From Nanobdellota archaeon (GTDB taxonomy: Archaea > Nanobdellota > Nanobdellia > Woesearchaeales > WJKV01), in the NCBI GenBank assembly GCA_023133595.1, contig JAGLWF010000005.1, positions 29,640 to 93,639 on the forward strand: a DNA stretch of 64,000 nucleotides, given 5' to 3'. This document shows positions 1 to 10,953 of this stretch, piece after piece. Positions within the stretch are counted from its first letter, which is position 1, and every line of letters begins with the position of its first letter. The translations under genes were made by a program, and so were the position numbers. Below the pieces are notes generated by a model, which was not told the DNA's origin, searched no databases, and saw only the letters and a program-made list of their open reading frames with translations.

Positions 1-3000
1 CCGCTTGTTTCCATACGGCACAAGTGTATCGCTTGCACTTATCACCCCGTCACCATCAACATCGTGGTACAATGTCATGTTAAGTTCGTATCTTCCAGCA
101 GGATATTCCTCCTGCGCACTAGTAGCATCACGAGATATTTTTTGCTTGATTGGTTTTCCTAATGAACTTCCTTTTACATCACCAGCTATTAATATAGGTA
201 TTTCATCCGATGAAACAGCTTCGATTGTATAACTGATGGTTCCAACTTTGAATGAAGCGCTGTCTGCTGCTTCATTTTTACAATCTACAGTATACCCGCT
301 CGAAGTGCATTTTATTTTTTTGTTCACAACATCTGCATGCTGAAGTTCCATGAATGTGATCGCACGTTTCACACCAGTAAGATTCTGCGGTGCAATAAGT
401 TCAGCAGTGAAAGTTTTTGTCTCGCCTGCTTCTATATAGATCAGCTCCCTGAATCCTAGACGAGAGATTTGTATCTTATCCCCTTCCCAGACAAGAACTT
501 CTGCTGGCCCGCCAACAGCTTCTCCGAATTGCAGTAGTTTTGCAACATGGATTCCTCGCGGATCCATTGGATTGACTTTGAATTTTTCCAATATTTTTCT
601 GTCATTCTTATTTGTCTCAACAACATTGTTTGGTTTCTTAAGATTGTAAGCAAGATATAATTCTGGAACAGCGCCTGTTCCTTGAATCTCTTCAAGCATC
701 GGAGAGACAGCACTGATCAATGAACGTGCAAGCACATTGTTTCCAGGATAATACGAAGATACTGCTGGCGTCAATCGTGTCCCTTTGAACTCGATTGCCT
801 GCAGACCGCCTGCGATTGTCTCACAGATAATACCTGGAGGTACAAGCTGGAAGTGACACTGTGCAAGGAATGGTGATTTTCTTATGATCTGTTCTTCTTT
901 GACTTTTCTCTTCACTTCGTCACCGACTTGGTATGTAAGATCAAGCACAGCCAGGTTTGCCCAGTACTTTGCATGCTCATCGGTATAGAACAAATTCTTT
1001 TCCAGACTCTGATCAGAATCAACAAAAATGCCTTCTTCGTATATCAAGGTTGGAGCGCCTGAAGGGCAGTATTCGCCGCCAGCCTTGCTCTTGTCACATA
1101 CTATTCTCAGATTTCCAGAGACCCTCTGTCCGCCTGATAAGATTCCTAGTGTCAGATAATAATTGATTGCTGCTTCTCCTGTGAACGGGTCCCATGCTGC
1201 GAATCTTGATTCTGGAATCATTGGTCCGATGACAGGTGCAACTGCAACACGTGTTGCCTGCTGAAACACATTCCTTAAGTCAGACCAGTCCTGGGTGATC
1301 GCACCGATACAAGCTTTATGCACTAACTGCATTGGTGTCAGACCATACTGATTCTGGATGAGTGCGCTGTATCTTGCCTTTAATCTATTATTCACTTCCT
1401 GGAAATTTCCCCTGAAGACAGAACCTTCTCCACTGTCAAGAGAACCAGATATTCCTGTTCCAATAATCTTTTTAATCGCCCATGTCACAAGGTCACAGAC
1501 AAACTGCGCAAACAATCTTTCACAGTAACCTCCGCGCACTTCACCGATCATCGCCTGCTGCAAACATTTTTTCATTCCCTGGGTTATTCTTAAGAAGTTT
1601 GAAAGATGCCCTCGCACACCAGATACGCATCCGCATCTTAGTGATATGAAAATATCATCATAAGGATTTACCTGTCCATCATCATTCACACTGTCAGCAT
1701 TGTCAGGGAAACATTTTGTCTCGTGGAAACCAGGAGGTCCTTCTGAATAACAGCCGACACTTGCAGACTGTGCAGATGCTGCATTATATTCTGCCTGTGT
1801 CATCGTGGTGCACGCATAACGTACAGTGCCAGCTTCGTATAATTGCGTACCAGTGCCGGTTCCTCTCTTGAATAATAACGGACGTTTTGAAGTATTGACA
1901 GATCTTATCTCAATCGCATTCTGTCCAGGAGGGCATACTGGCTGTCCACCTATCACTGCTTTTTCTCTTGATACATATCTATATTGTGCTGACATATCTG
2001 CTTCACGCGATTCAAATGTCACAGAACCTTCGATTTTTGCAATTGGTTTTTCTTTCTTGATGTCAGCTGCATTGAAATAAGATTCTTTTTCTTCGTCATA
2101 GATAAATCTCTCTCCGCGCTTGTCTGTTACAATTTTGTTCATATTCGCACAGTCAGGAGGGATTGTCGGACACCATACCCTATCACAGATCATGAATGTT
2201 CGTTTCATATTAGCAGGAGATGCGCCTCCGCCAAGATAGGACAGTAAAGTAGAACCAACACAACCCGCTGTCAGAGCAAGTGTTGCTTCTTCTGCAAACT
2301 TTGTCGCATCTTCAAGGAATTCAATCCAGTCATCCAGAAGCTCAAGCGTATCATTGATCATCTCAGGTGTCAGGAACTTTGTATAATCAAAAGGAGTTTC
2401 CAATCCGACTGCGTGCTGGATAAAGATAGGTTCATTCATCGACGCTTGCCCCAACTGATAGGATACCATTGTTCTTAGTGAGAAATCAATCTGCATCCCT
2501 GTTCCAGTATTTCCGATCTCACCTTCTCCAAGATCATTCTTAACGTCTTTAAGGCCTTGTTTTATTGGCAGGACACGAAGTTTTGTCATGACAAACAATT
2601 TATTCTCATCTTCATTATAGAATGTCTTTGTCTCTTCTACTTTTATATATTTATTATCAAACTTATTCTGGTCAAGAGTTGCAGTAGCCTGAATATTTTT
2701 CAATGACTCTGTGGTCGGACCAGTATAATACAGATCATAGAGGACAGAAACAGGAACTCCTGTTGACTGCGGTGCCATCAGATTGCTGCTGTAGACAGTG
2801 TTTGGTATTGTCTGTATTCTTCCAGGCTTCCACATCATAGAGCCTGGTTCGAACTGTATTGTACGTTCTTCTGTATATTCATTTCCAGCTTCGTCAAACA
2901 CAACAAATAATATCCTGTTAGGAGACACTGAAAGCAGTTTCTGCTCCATCTGCGTAGCTCCAGGTGTTAACGGAGTGTACGTTTGTGCCAGAGCAATCTG

Positions 3001-4200
3001 CGTGCTGAACTCAGAATCTTCTCCACTATTGATCTCTTTTGCACGGCCAACAATCGCACCACCAACTCCAATTTCAAATTCAGTCATATACTCGTGTACA
3101 CCTTGCGCACGAATCTCCTGTATTTGTATAGTATTATTATTTCCAACATTAAAGATTTGTATCCTGCACTTAGGTTCTGTTGTGTTTCCAGCAAGAGTCA
3201 CAATCGAGAAATGCTGGTTCTCAGTAAAGATCATAGTATCAAGGTTTAGTCTACATGGAGTATTGTCGACTTTTATCTCAAATGTATGCGTTGCAATGTT
3301 TCCAGCAACATCTGTTGCTTCGATTGTAAGATTATGCTCGCCAGAACCAACATCAACTATTGCATCAAACTCTTTGTCTGTGACTTCAATATCAATTGCA
3401 GGATTATCATCAACAACGGCTCTTAATGTTGCTTCTTCACTAAGTGAACCAATGATCGGAATCACAGAACTGTTTCTTACTTCCTGGATCTCTGAAAGAA
3501 AAATTCTTGGCGCGGTCACGTCAATGACAATTGTGCGCTGTTCTTCCAGAATATTTCCAGAAGGATCAGTGAATCGTATTGTGACCTCATTATATCCTAG
3601 AACTCCTTTGAAGACTGTTTCATACAATTTAACAGTCGCAGAAAAGAGGCCATTTCCATCAGCAACAACAGAGAAACCGCCGGTTTCCAGTATCTGTGCC
3701 GGGAACCTGTCACTGTTGATAAAGATGCGGACAGTTGCACCTGGTTCTGTTATACCTGTTATTGTCAATGTATCTGTTTTGATCTTCGGAGGGACATCAC
3801 CCAAGGTTTCTCCTGTTTCTATTGATGTGTTTATCACAGTCGGTTCAACAACAATATCCTGTCTTGTGACAAAGGTCAATCCAGATCTTACATCATCCTC
3901 GTTATCATTTGCAGATTCTATCTGCAGATCATAGACAGCACTTTGGTTCAGCCCAGTTAATACTATCTCGTGCTCTGTGAGCAGAGCAGAATCCTCTTCA
4001 ATATTATTTAGATTATTAATACCATATTTCACTGTGCTGTTCGCAGCATCGTCTGTATCCCACTTCACTGTTGCGCTCGTTCCAGTGATATCAACAACTT
4101 GCGGATTTGATATCTGTAATGCATACGCACTTTGTATAGTTATTCCTAGCATTAGTACTATCAAAAACAATGTCAATGTCCATCTTTTGTTTTTATTCAT
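1..4200 (-). CDS. Giant secreted protein (>1400 aa, 3'-truncated by window edge): signal peptide, FN3-like domain, Ig-like repeats, Cys-rich helical domain
   Basis: Not in the ORF track because it has no stop inside the window. ATG at 4198-4200 overlaps the upstream TGA (ATGA). Manual translation: MNKTKRWTLTLFLIVLMLGITIQSAYA-LQISNPQVVDITGTSATVKWDTDDAANSTVKYG; later VVFDEAGN, CDRVWCPTIPPDC, NPYDDIFISLRCGCVSG; still open at position 1 (HDVDGDGVISASD). Frame was checked in several segments, not codon by codon. Confidence 0.88.
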   Translation of the reverse strand, partial: MNKNKRWTLTLFLIVLMLGITIQSAYALQISNPQVVDITGTSATVKWDTDDAANSTVKYGINNLNNIEEDSALLTEHEIVLTGLNQSAVYDLQIESANDNEDDVRSGLTFVTRQDIVVEPTVINTSIETGETLGDVPPKIKTDTLTITGITEPGATVRIFINSDRFPAQILETGGFSVVADGNGLFSATVKLYETVFKGVLGYNEVTIRFTDPSGNILEEQRTIVIDVTAPRIFLSEIQEVRNSSVIPIIGSLSEEATLRAVVDDNPAIDIEVTDKEFDAIVDVGSGEHNLTIEATDVAGNIATHTFEIKVDNTPCRLNLDTMIFTENQHFSIVTLAGNTTEPKCRIQIFNVGNNNTIQIQEIRAQGVHEYMTEFEIGVGGAIVGRAKEINSGEDSEFSTQIALAQTYTPLTPGATQMEQKLLSVSPNRILFVVFDEAGNEYTEERTIQFEPGSMMWKPGRIQTIPNTVYSSNLMAPQSTGVPVSVLYDLYYTGPTTESLKNIQATATLDQNKFDNKYIKVEETKTFYNEDENKLFVMTKLRVLPIKQGLKDVKNDLGEGEIGNTGTGMQIDFSLRTMVSYQLGQASMNEPIFIQHAVGLETPFDYTKFLTPEMINDTLELLDDWIEFLEDATKFAEEATLALTAGCVGSTLLSYLGGGASPANMKRTFMICDRVWCPTIPPDCANMNKIVTDKRGERFIYDEEKESYFNAADIKKEKPIAKIEGSVTFESREADMSAQYRYVSREKAVIGGQPVCPPGQNAIEIRSVNTSKRPLLFKRGTGTGTQLYEAGTVRYACTTMTQAEYNAASAQSASVGCYSEGPPGFHETKCFPDNADSVNDDGQVNPYDDIFISLRCGCVSGVRGHLSNFLRITQGMKKCLQQAMIGEVRGGYCERLFAQFVCDLVTWAIKKIIGTGISGSLDSGEGSVFRGNFQEVNNRLKARYSALIQNQYGLTPMQLVHKACIGAITQDWSDLRNVFQQATRVAVAPVIGPMIPESRFAAWDPFTGEAAINYYLTLGILSGGQRVSGNLRIVCDKSKAGGEYCPSGAPTLIYEEGIFVDSDQSLEKNLFYTDEHAKYWANLAVLDLTYQVGDEVKRKVKEEQIIRKSPFLAQCHFQLVPPGIICETIAGGLQAIEFKGTRLTPAVSSYYPGNNVLARSLISAVSPMLEEIQGTGAVPELYLAYNLKKPNNVVETNKNDRKILEKFKVNPMDPRGIHVAKLLQFGEAVGGPAEVLVWEGDKIQISRLGFRELIYIEAGETKTFTAELIAPQNLTGVKRAITFMELQHADVVNKKIKCTSSGYTVDCKNEAADSASFKVGTISYTIEAVSSDEIPILIAGDVKGSSLGKPIKQKISRDATSAQEEYPAGRYELNMTLYHDVDGDGVISASDTLVPYGNKR

Positions 4201-6176
4201 CTTATCACAGGAGCGTAGTTCTCACTCTTTGGTATGACCGTATTCTGCCAGAACCGTGCAAACCCTGACATATCTTCTGGCATTATTGGTGATGCAATTG
4301 CATAGAATCGTAATTCATTCGCAGTTGTCAGCTGATTTCTTGTGATCTGCCAGTCCGGGAAGTAAAGACCTGCAAAAGGCATGTCATCTTTCATAACTTT
4401 CACGTCAACTGTATATGTTGCATCATCATAAACCAGTTCAAATGGATTAGCTTTTGTGAAATCAGTCTCAGGGAGGAATGCTGCATCATCATAATCATCA
4501 CTTGCAACTGAAATATAAGCACGTTCATCTTCTTCTAATTCCCTGATCTGCATTGTTCCTTCTGTAAAGTCTAGTATGTAGAGTGAAACAGGAAGTTCTT
4601 TCAAAGGCACCAACTTAACAGGCGGGATCTGTGCAATCGGGGATTCGATCGTGACTTGGCTTACTGATTCCTGATAACCATCCTTGTTCACAACAAGGAA
4701 ACCATTCACACACTCAGGGAATGATGTCTCAAGCATTGGTTCAGAACCAACTATCATCACACCTTCAAAACTCGGGAATTCTGTATCTCCAAGGTCGCAC
4801 GAGAACTGCACGCATTCATATCTTACATTGGCATTGTCAAGGAACTCAGAAGTTACTTTATCCTGAACATAGATCACACGTTTGTAGAGCCTGTTTGCAC
4901 AATACTCTTCGCTTGAAACACTATATTCATATTCTGCAAGCTTGAAAGGACTTATGTATCTTTTTGCTGAATTCTTCTCTAGAATGACAGGAGTTGCAAA
5001 TTGGAATATCAAGCCAGATTCATCCTGCAGCTGAAACATTACAGGAAATTCAATATCATATCTATGATGATATACTTTCACACACGATCCTATTAATGGG
5101 ATTGCGAGATCAAAACCTTTTACAACATCTCCATCACTAGGCTCAACATCAAGATTCATTCCAAATGTTCTGTCGTATAAAACATTGATCGCAACATCTG
5201 GATAATTTCCAACGCCAGTATCTAGAGTATAGAATTCATCATAATAGTCAAGATAATTGCTTTTTACAGTACGATAACTTTTACAAACGCCAAATTCATC
5301 TTCTGCCTGGCAGATCTCTTGTACTATTTCTGGATTCTCTTCAAACCTTTGGTTCTTTATTGAATCATCAAATGAAAAATACCTGAAATTATATTTTACA
5401 AGCTGCTGCAGAGCAGGGATAATGTCTAACTGTATGCTCCATCTCTCTCCTTCTCCGCACCTGAAATCATAACCATCCAATGGGATGTGCGGGCTATCGT
5501 CTGCACCGTCAGCAACTGCAATAATATCCATTGTCGCTTCTTCTAAGAAAGCATTCTCATTCTCGTACTCCATGATAGATTTTGCAAACTGATATAGTTC
5601 TCCAAATCGTGTTGGCATTGCTTTTCTAAATGCACTTACATCAACAGTATTTTCGCCAATCGATATCCGCAGCGGATAATCAAGCTGGACAGAGATATCA
5701 TTTTTATGAATATCCACATCAACATTCAACACGCCTATCTCTTCTATTTTCATCTGTGGAAATTCTGCAAATTCATTGATACAATCAATAATATCTTTTT
5801 TGACATACTCTGCAAGTTCATTCTCAATATCTGACTGCCGCGGTACTAAAGATTTGCCATTATACCACCACATTGGAACTTTAAGTGCAGACGGTGGCGG
5901 TGGAAGATAACCAGGTCTTCTTGGATCTCCAAACAATAATTGATCAGGCAGTTCAATATACCCTCCCTGCATTGCTGCCAACGCAACTCCTTCTGCCAAT
6001 GTATCCTGTGTGCATTCTTCAATAAACATACGCACTGATTTAGTCTCTGGGAAACGTATCTCTGTGTATTTCTGCGAGATAGAGCCTCTATAATAGATTA
6101 AGATAAAACCAAGTATCACTATTATGATTCCTATTATTATGAATAAAGTGACTTGTCCTCTTTTTGTTTTTTTCAT
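4197..6176 (-). CDS. Prepilin-like (class III signal peptide) large exported protein, paralog of 15288-17486
   Basis: N-terminus MKKTKRG/QVTLFIIIGIIIVILGF. Shares FIEEC, QGGYI, KVPMWW, YDIEFPVMFQL and C-x-G-x-L-x-KDGY blocks with 15288-17486. Confidence 0.8.
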   Translation of the reverse strand: MKKTKRGQVTLFIIIGIIIVILGFILIYYRGSISQKYTEIRFPETKSVRMFIEECTQDTLAEGVALAAMQGGYIELPDQLLFGDPRRPGYLPPPPSALKVPMWWYNGKSLVPRQSDIENELAEYVKKDIIDCINEFAEFPQMKIEEIGVLNVDVDIHKNDISVQLDYPLRISIGENTVDVSAFRKAMPTRFGELYQFAKSIMEYENENAFLEEATMDIIAVADGADDSPHIPLDGYDFRCGEGERWSIQLDIIPALQQLVKYNFRYFSFDDSIKNQRFEENPEIVQEICQAEDEFGVCKSYRTVKSNYLDYYDEFYTLDTGVGNYPDVAINVLYDRTFGMNLDVEPSDGDVVKGFDLAIPLIGSCVKVYHHRYDIEFPVMFQLQDESGLIFQFATPVILEKNSAKRYISPFKLAEYEYSVSSEEYCANRLYKRVIYVQDKVTSEFLDNANVRYECVQFSCDLGDTEFPSFEGVMIVGSEPMLETSFPECVNGFLVVNKDGYQESVSQVTIESPIAQIPPVKLVPLKELPVSLYILDFTEGTMQIRELEEDERAYISVASDDYDDAAFLPETDFTKANPFELVYDDATYTVDVKVMKDDMPFAGLYFPDWQITRNQLTTANELRFYAIASPIMPEDMSGFARFWQNTVIPKSENYAPVIR

Positions 6177-6177
6177 C

Positions 6178-6858
6178 TTAGTTCTTTATTGTCAAATACA
6201 GGTAATACCTGCTCCACGCAGAGTATAATAAAAATACTAGCAACAATATTGATGCAAATACTGCTGAACCAAGAGTAAATGTCCAGCTAGATATTGCAAC
6301 AGCAACAAAAAATATGACTGCCATCAACAGGTATGCTAGCAATACCCTCCACTGAAAAAATGTGGAAAATACATTGAATATTGTCTCTTTAGGTTTCTTT
6401 ATCATGTTTGTCCTAGCAATCGAAGTGAACATGAGATAGAGGAGCCAGAAAATGAATAATAATGGACTTCGCCACACATCTTTGATTGCTTGGATTATGA
6501 AAACAAAGATTATGAACCAAGGAATAAGCCAGATCAATGAAAACTTGAACCATGTTTTCATGTCCTGTGTTCTCCCGACAGTGTACTTATATACAAGACG
6601 CTTGAAGATTGTAAGGTTCACTACTTGCAAAACAATTGCAACTGCTGATAGTAAGATAAAAGATATTATGTACCACGTCCCTGAATTGACTGTCAATGGG
6701 TATGCGTCTGTGATCCTGCCAAAATACATGTAGTAGAATGCTACGATCGCAAAAAATATTAACAGGCAGATCAGATCAAAGAGCATTGCATGGAATAATC
6801 TAACATTAAACGTTTTGAATGATTCTATAAACATAAACCCCTTTTTTTTTACTGCCAT
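6178..6858 (-). CDS. Multi-pass membrane protein (about 6 TM), unknown function
   Basis: 226-aa ORF with repeated hydrophobic segments; 1-nt gap to the downstream gene. Confidence 0.75.
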   Translation of the reverse strand: MAVKKKGFMFIESFKTFNVRLFHAMLFDLICLLIFFAIVAFYYMYFGRITDAYPLTVNSGTWYIISFILLSAVAIVLQVVNLTIFKRLVYKYTVGRTQDMKTWFKFSLIWLIPWFIIFVFIIQAIKDVWRSPLLFIFWLLYLMFTSIARTNMIKKPKETIFNVFSTFFQWRVLLAYLLMAVIFFVAVAISSWTFTLGSAVFASILLLVFLLYSAWSRYYLYLTIKN

Positions 6859-6864
6859 TTTACC

Positions 6865-9800
6865 CTATCCTGTCTGATTGCCAAAAGTTCCTGCTCCTGT
6901 CGGCACTGTTGTAGCAGAACTTCCGCCTGCATGATAACCGCTGTGTTCAGCAGCATCTCCAGGAACATAATTTTCTTCAACAATCGGTTGTGCAAACGCT
7001 ATCAATGAACCAAATTCTCCAGATGGTTCTCCATCATCATCTAATATTTCTTCTTTATAACATAATGCAGCCCATTCAACATCAGGAGGACCATAGACAG
7101 GAACATAATCTGAAGATGTGGATCCTTTCTGCACAGCTACATCTGTTGTTCCCTCGATCACCAAACAACTAGAATCACAATAGATTGTATTTGCACAGAC
7201 AGTATACATAATGTTTGTATTCGACGCTCTTAGCATCCAATTGAACTGGTACAACGTACTGCCGTCAGGCATTGTCTCTCTTTCCACCTGCAACCGTTTG
7301 GAAACATCTACATTACCAGCAATATCAAATCCAATCTGCACATCATCAGGGAAATCCTCATCAAGAGTAGCTCTACAAATCAATCTCTCCCATTCTTCTG
7401 GATGAAACCATTCGTTCTCCATCCACCGGTCAACTTCTGCTTTCCACTTTGGACACGCTGCCTCCCATTCTTTATTTATTTTGTCACTATAATATTTTCC
7501 AACACCTGTCGGTCCTCTGATCAGAGTGCCGAGGAATCTCTGGAACCTCTGCCGTGTCTGGATTTTCTTTTCCAAATCTCTTCCTTTCTTATCTTCTGCA
7601 AATTCTGGCGCGACAAATGTGGTCAGATCTGTTTCTTCGCATCTCTGCTGCCCTCGTACTTCATAACACGCCCAGTAATTATACTGGACTTCACCTTCTG
7701 CATCTATTGACGCTGTAGTATAGACCCGTACATTGCTTCCAAGATCAATATTATAATTAGCAAGTGCAATATCACCAGTGTATGTTCCATCCGGCTGTTT
7801 TGTCCTAGTGTAGAGAAGTGAGCTTTCAATAGCTTCCTCTTCTTTATTATAGACAGCACCATCTTTATTCACGTACATTTCATCTCCAATAGAGAATTTA
7901 CCAAATCCTAATCCAGCTCCAAAAGGTTTTAGCTTTGCCTTTAGCTCATCACCATCATGTTTATTAGGTCTCATAAACACAGCAATATCAGAATCTTCTT
8001 TGCCAATCTCTGCAACATAACCAATCTCTTTATCATCCTCAATCTTTCCATTGTAAATCATATTTCCATCATGTATCAGTTTCAGATCAGAAACTTGATT
8101 TTGTCTACTTATTTCATCTGGTGTTGGTGTTAACGCTGTTCCTTCTCTGAGAGCATTATAATAAACATAAGGCGAAGCATACTCGCGCTGCTTTCCTTCT
8201 TCATCCTTGAACTTTCCTTTTGGCACACGATACATATCTTCATTCCGCTGTGTACTGCCCTCTGTAATAACATAATAATTACCAGTCTTTGGATCTTTGA
8301 CTAGTGCTGTTGTTTTTCCAGTCTCGGGATTCACCCACGAATCGACTTTAGTCCATCCTTCATAGCGTGTACCTTTCTTTCCAACATTATTGAAGATGTT
8401 TGTCGCTCCTTCCTTGACAAGAGTGTTTATCTGTCCTGCCACTTGTTTATATTTTCCTGTTCTGATTGCTTTAATGAAATTTATTTTTTCATCATCATAG
8501 ACACCTTGTGCTCCTGCTTTATCCAAATTTGCAAGATATTCAACAAGCTCTGGATTTTTCTGTGCAAGATCAGGATTGTCACTTAATAATTTTTTAGCTT
8601 CATCCTTTTTTCCGCCTGCAATCAACAATGCCAATGCTTGAGATGCTGCCTGATCACCCCCTGTCGCTGCCTGATAACCAAGAGCTGCCACTTCTGAATC
8701 TGTCAACGCCAGTGTAGCTTGCTTCGTGTTTGGATCAATACTATTAATCTTTGCCTGTAGAACACTTTTTGATCTGGTATCCATCATCTGGGTTACTTCT
8801 GCAAGGGTCTTTCCTTTTGTCTGATCAGGAGCAAGGCCCATTGTCTTTGCAGTGGAACGCACACTAATAACTTTGGCTTCCTGGTCAAACTCACCAATAG
8901 ACTGGAATACAGAGAAACCTTTTACACCAGCATCACTCCCTGTTAATTTGATATAATTCTCTCTATACTTTTTATATTTAGCCTCAAACTCTTCTTTTTC
9001 TTTTTTCCAAGCATTTATCTTGGCATAATCAGGCAATGGTTTTTTCAATTCTTCATCGATCTTCGCATCCAGACCATCATAGTAACCTAAATCAGCAGGT
9101 CTAAGTCTTGCTGCAGGTGGAGGAGCAACACCAGCATATGCTTTGCTTATAGCTTCTGCATCAGAAGTTTTAAGGTTTTTCAACATCGCAACACGCTGCC
9201 TGTCAAACTCTGCACGTGCTTCTGCGCCTGTCTTCTTTTCAAGCGCAGCGTCAAATTTTTCTTTAAGGTCTAATTTCTGTGCTTCAGGTAATTCAGCAGC
9301 ATCAATCGCATCCTGGAACTTCTTTATTTCTTGTCTGACTTTTTCTCTTTCTTCCAGATCTTTTGCAGCAGCCTCGAACTTCTTCGGATCTTTGGTTTCT
9401 TTTGCTTTCTCCATCAAAGCAGCTCTTGCTTCTGCCTCATTTGCACCATTCTTAACCATTGCTTTAACAGATTTGTCTATTGTCTTTCGCCGTTTATTGA
9501 CTTCGTTTTTTATTTGCAATGGAGTCTTGCCAACTCTATCAACACCATACCTGTTTGCAAGTTTTTTGTAAATTTCAGCTTCAAAAATCTTAGCATCCCA
9601 CGGAGTAGCTGATCCTCTGGCAGCTCTGACAACATCACCATATTCAGTATCAGTCAATCCTGCCTCGAGTGCATCTTTCTTTATTTTCTCGCGCTTTGCC
9701 AGCTCACTTTTTATCTGGCTATGCGTCTTGCCTTCCAAACTAATGCCATACCCCATGGATGCTTTCTGCTCAAGTTCATGTTCTGCAAGAACTTTCTTTA

Positions 9801-10953
9801 ATGCTGCGAGATTTTTATCCTTTCCACTTTTTTTGAGTGCCTGCCATTTCTCATTCATCCGCGGGTCTTTAGTAGCTGCCAGGATTTTATCTCTGGCATC
9901 ATCTATCTGTTTTTGGTATGCTTTATCAGCTGCCAATGCATTCCGTTTTGCTTGGATTTGTCTATCCAGTGATTTTTTTCTATCCGGATCATCTTCAGCT
10001 TCAGCTTCAATTAAAAGCCGCACAATATCTGCTTCTTGCTTCAATATCTTTTCAAGCTCTTGCTTTTCTTTTGTCAACCTTCGAACTTCTGCGTTGTTCT
10101 TTGCAGCTCGCGCTTCTGCAATCTCTTGTTCCAGCCTTGCAACATCTTTTGCAAGAGCATCTCGCTCTGCAATTTCTTTCGGCGCTCCAAGAGCTGCTTC
10201 ATCAGTTTTGCGCTTATTGTATGTATCTTTTAGTGCTGCAAGCTTTTCTCTTTGCTTTTTCAATTTCGCAGCTTCACTTGTAAGACCTGCTTTTTTAGCC
10301 TGCTCTTCTGCTTTTTCTAGTTCTGTTATTGCAGTATTTAAACCACTGATCGCAGTATCATACTGATATAATTTTGCGTTATCTTTTGCACTTGCCGACG
10401 CTGTTGCAGCTCCAGTTGTTGCAGTTTTAGCTCTTGCTGTTGCTTCTGTTGTTTTCTTTAATTGTTCATCTCGCTTTTTCTTCTCAGGACCAAAATATTT
10501 TGCATTCCCATCAGATTTAATATTATCAGTTACTGTGACTGGTGTAGAATATCCTGGAACTGAATCCTTGAACATACTATCTGCATATTTATTCTTGTTT
10601 TGATTGACAACTCTCACAAATGAAGCATAATCCATATTATCGCCACTATCATCATATTCAAAATACTGCCATCCTCCCCATGATCCAACCCAGACCTGCA
10701 TATATTCAGTACCATCATCTTCCTCAACTCTCCATTGGCTGTATTTTTTCTGTATCTTGCCTTTTGTATAGACAAGATCTCCATCAGTATTGACATACAT
10801 GGTCTCAGCTTCAGCCTCTGTGATAGATTTCTCATTTCCTAGACCAACCCAGTGATACGGTCGTAGATCAACAGCAGAAACAAACACACTGCTAACTAGA
10901 ATAAACACTAGAAAAATCATGATCAATATTGATAACTTGTTCTTCATCTTCAT
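6865..10953 (-). CDS. Large secreted coiled-coil protein (1362 aa) with C-terminal beta/Cys-containing domain
   Basis: Signal peptide (VFVSA/VD), long Ala/Lys/Glu-rich helical region, Trp/Cys-rich C-terminus; ATGA overlap with the upstream gene. Confidence 0.8.
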   Translation of the reverse strand: MKMKNKLSILIMIFLVFILVSSVFVSAVDLRPYHWVGLGNEKSITEAEAETMYVNTDGDLVYTKGKIQKKYSQWRVEEDDGTEYMQVWVGSWGGWQYFEYDDSGDNMDYASFVRVVNQNKNKYADSMFKDSVPGYSTPVTVTDNIKSDGNAKYFGPEKKKRDEQLKKTTEATARAKTATTGAATASASAKDNAKLYQYDTAISGLNTAITELEKAEEQAKKAGLTSEAAKLKKQREKLAALKDTYNKRKTDEAALGAPKEIAERDALAKDVARLEQEIAEARAAKNNAEVRRLTKEKQELEKILKQEADIVRLLIEAEAEDDPDRKKSLDRQIQAKRNALAADKAYQKQIDDARDKILAATKDPRMNEKWQALKKSGKDKNLAALKKVLAEHELEQKASMGYGISLEGKTHSQIKSELAKREKIKKDALEAGLTDTEYGDVVRAARGSATPWDAKIFEAEIYKKLANRYGVDRVGKTPLQIKNEVNKRRKTIDKSVKAMVKNGANEAEARAALMEKAKETKDPKKFEAAAKDLEEREKVRQEIKKFQDAIDAAELPEAQKLDLKEKFDAALEKKTGAEARAEFDRQRVAMLKNLKTSDAEAISKAYAGVAPPPAARLRPADLGYYDGLDAKIDEELKKPLPDYAKINAWKKEKEEFEAKYKKYRENYIKLTGSDAGVKGFSVFQSIGEFDQEAKVISVRSTAKTMGLAPDQTKGKTLAEVTQMMDTRSKSVLQAKINSIDPNTKQATLALTDSEVAALGYQAATGGDQAASQALALLIAGGKKDEAKKLLSDNPDLAQKNPELVEYLANLDKAGAQGVYDDEKINFIKAIRTGKYKQVAGQINTLVKEGATNIFNNVGKKGTRYEGWTKVDSWVNPETGKTTALVKDPKTGNYYVITEGSTQRNEDMYRVPKGKFKDEEGKQREYASPYVYYNALREGTALTPTPDEISRQNQVSDLKLIHDGNMIYNGKIEDDKEIGYVAEIGKEDSDIAVFMRPNKHDGDELKAKLKPFGAGLGFGKFSIGDEMYVNKDGAVYNKEEEAIESSLLYTRTKQPDGTYTGDIALANYNIDLGSNVRVYTTASIDAEGEVQYNYWACYEVRGQQRCEETDLTTFVAPEFAEDKKGRDLEKKIQTRQRFQRFLGTLIRGPTGVGKYYSDKINKEWEAACPKWKAEVDRWMENEWFHPEEWERLICRATLDEDFPDDVQIGFDIAGNVDVSKRLQVERETMPDGSTLYQFNWMLRASNTNIMYTVCANTIYCDSSCLVIEGTTDVAVQKGSTSSDYVPVYGPPDVEWAALCYKEEILDDDGEPSGEFGSLIAFAQPIVEENYVPGDAAEHSGYHAGGSSATTVPTGAGTFGNQTG

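Noticed and set aside
2798-3934. 378-aa plus-strand ORF and the many other antisense ORFs in the track
   Set aside because: Shadows of real genes on the opposite strand, with Ser/Phe/Ile-rich composition typical of antisense frames.
6820-6858. KKKG/FMFIE resembling a type IV pilin cleavage motif
   Set aside because: Not followed directly by a hydrophobic helix (SFKTFNVR); the protein is polytopic.
7492-7515. P-loop-like GPTGVGKY in the coiled-coil protein
   Set aside because: Ends GKY rather than GK[S/T], no Walker B follows, and the protein has a signal peptide; probably chance.
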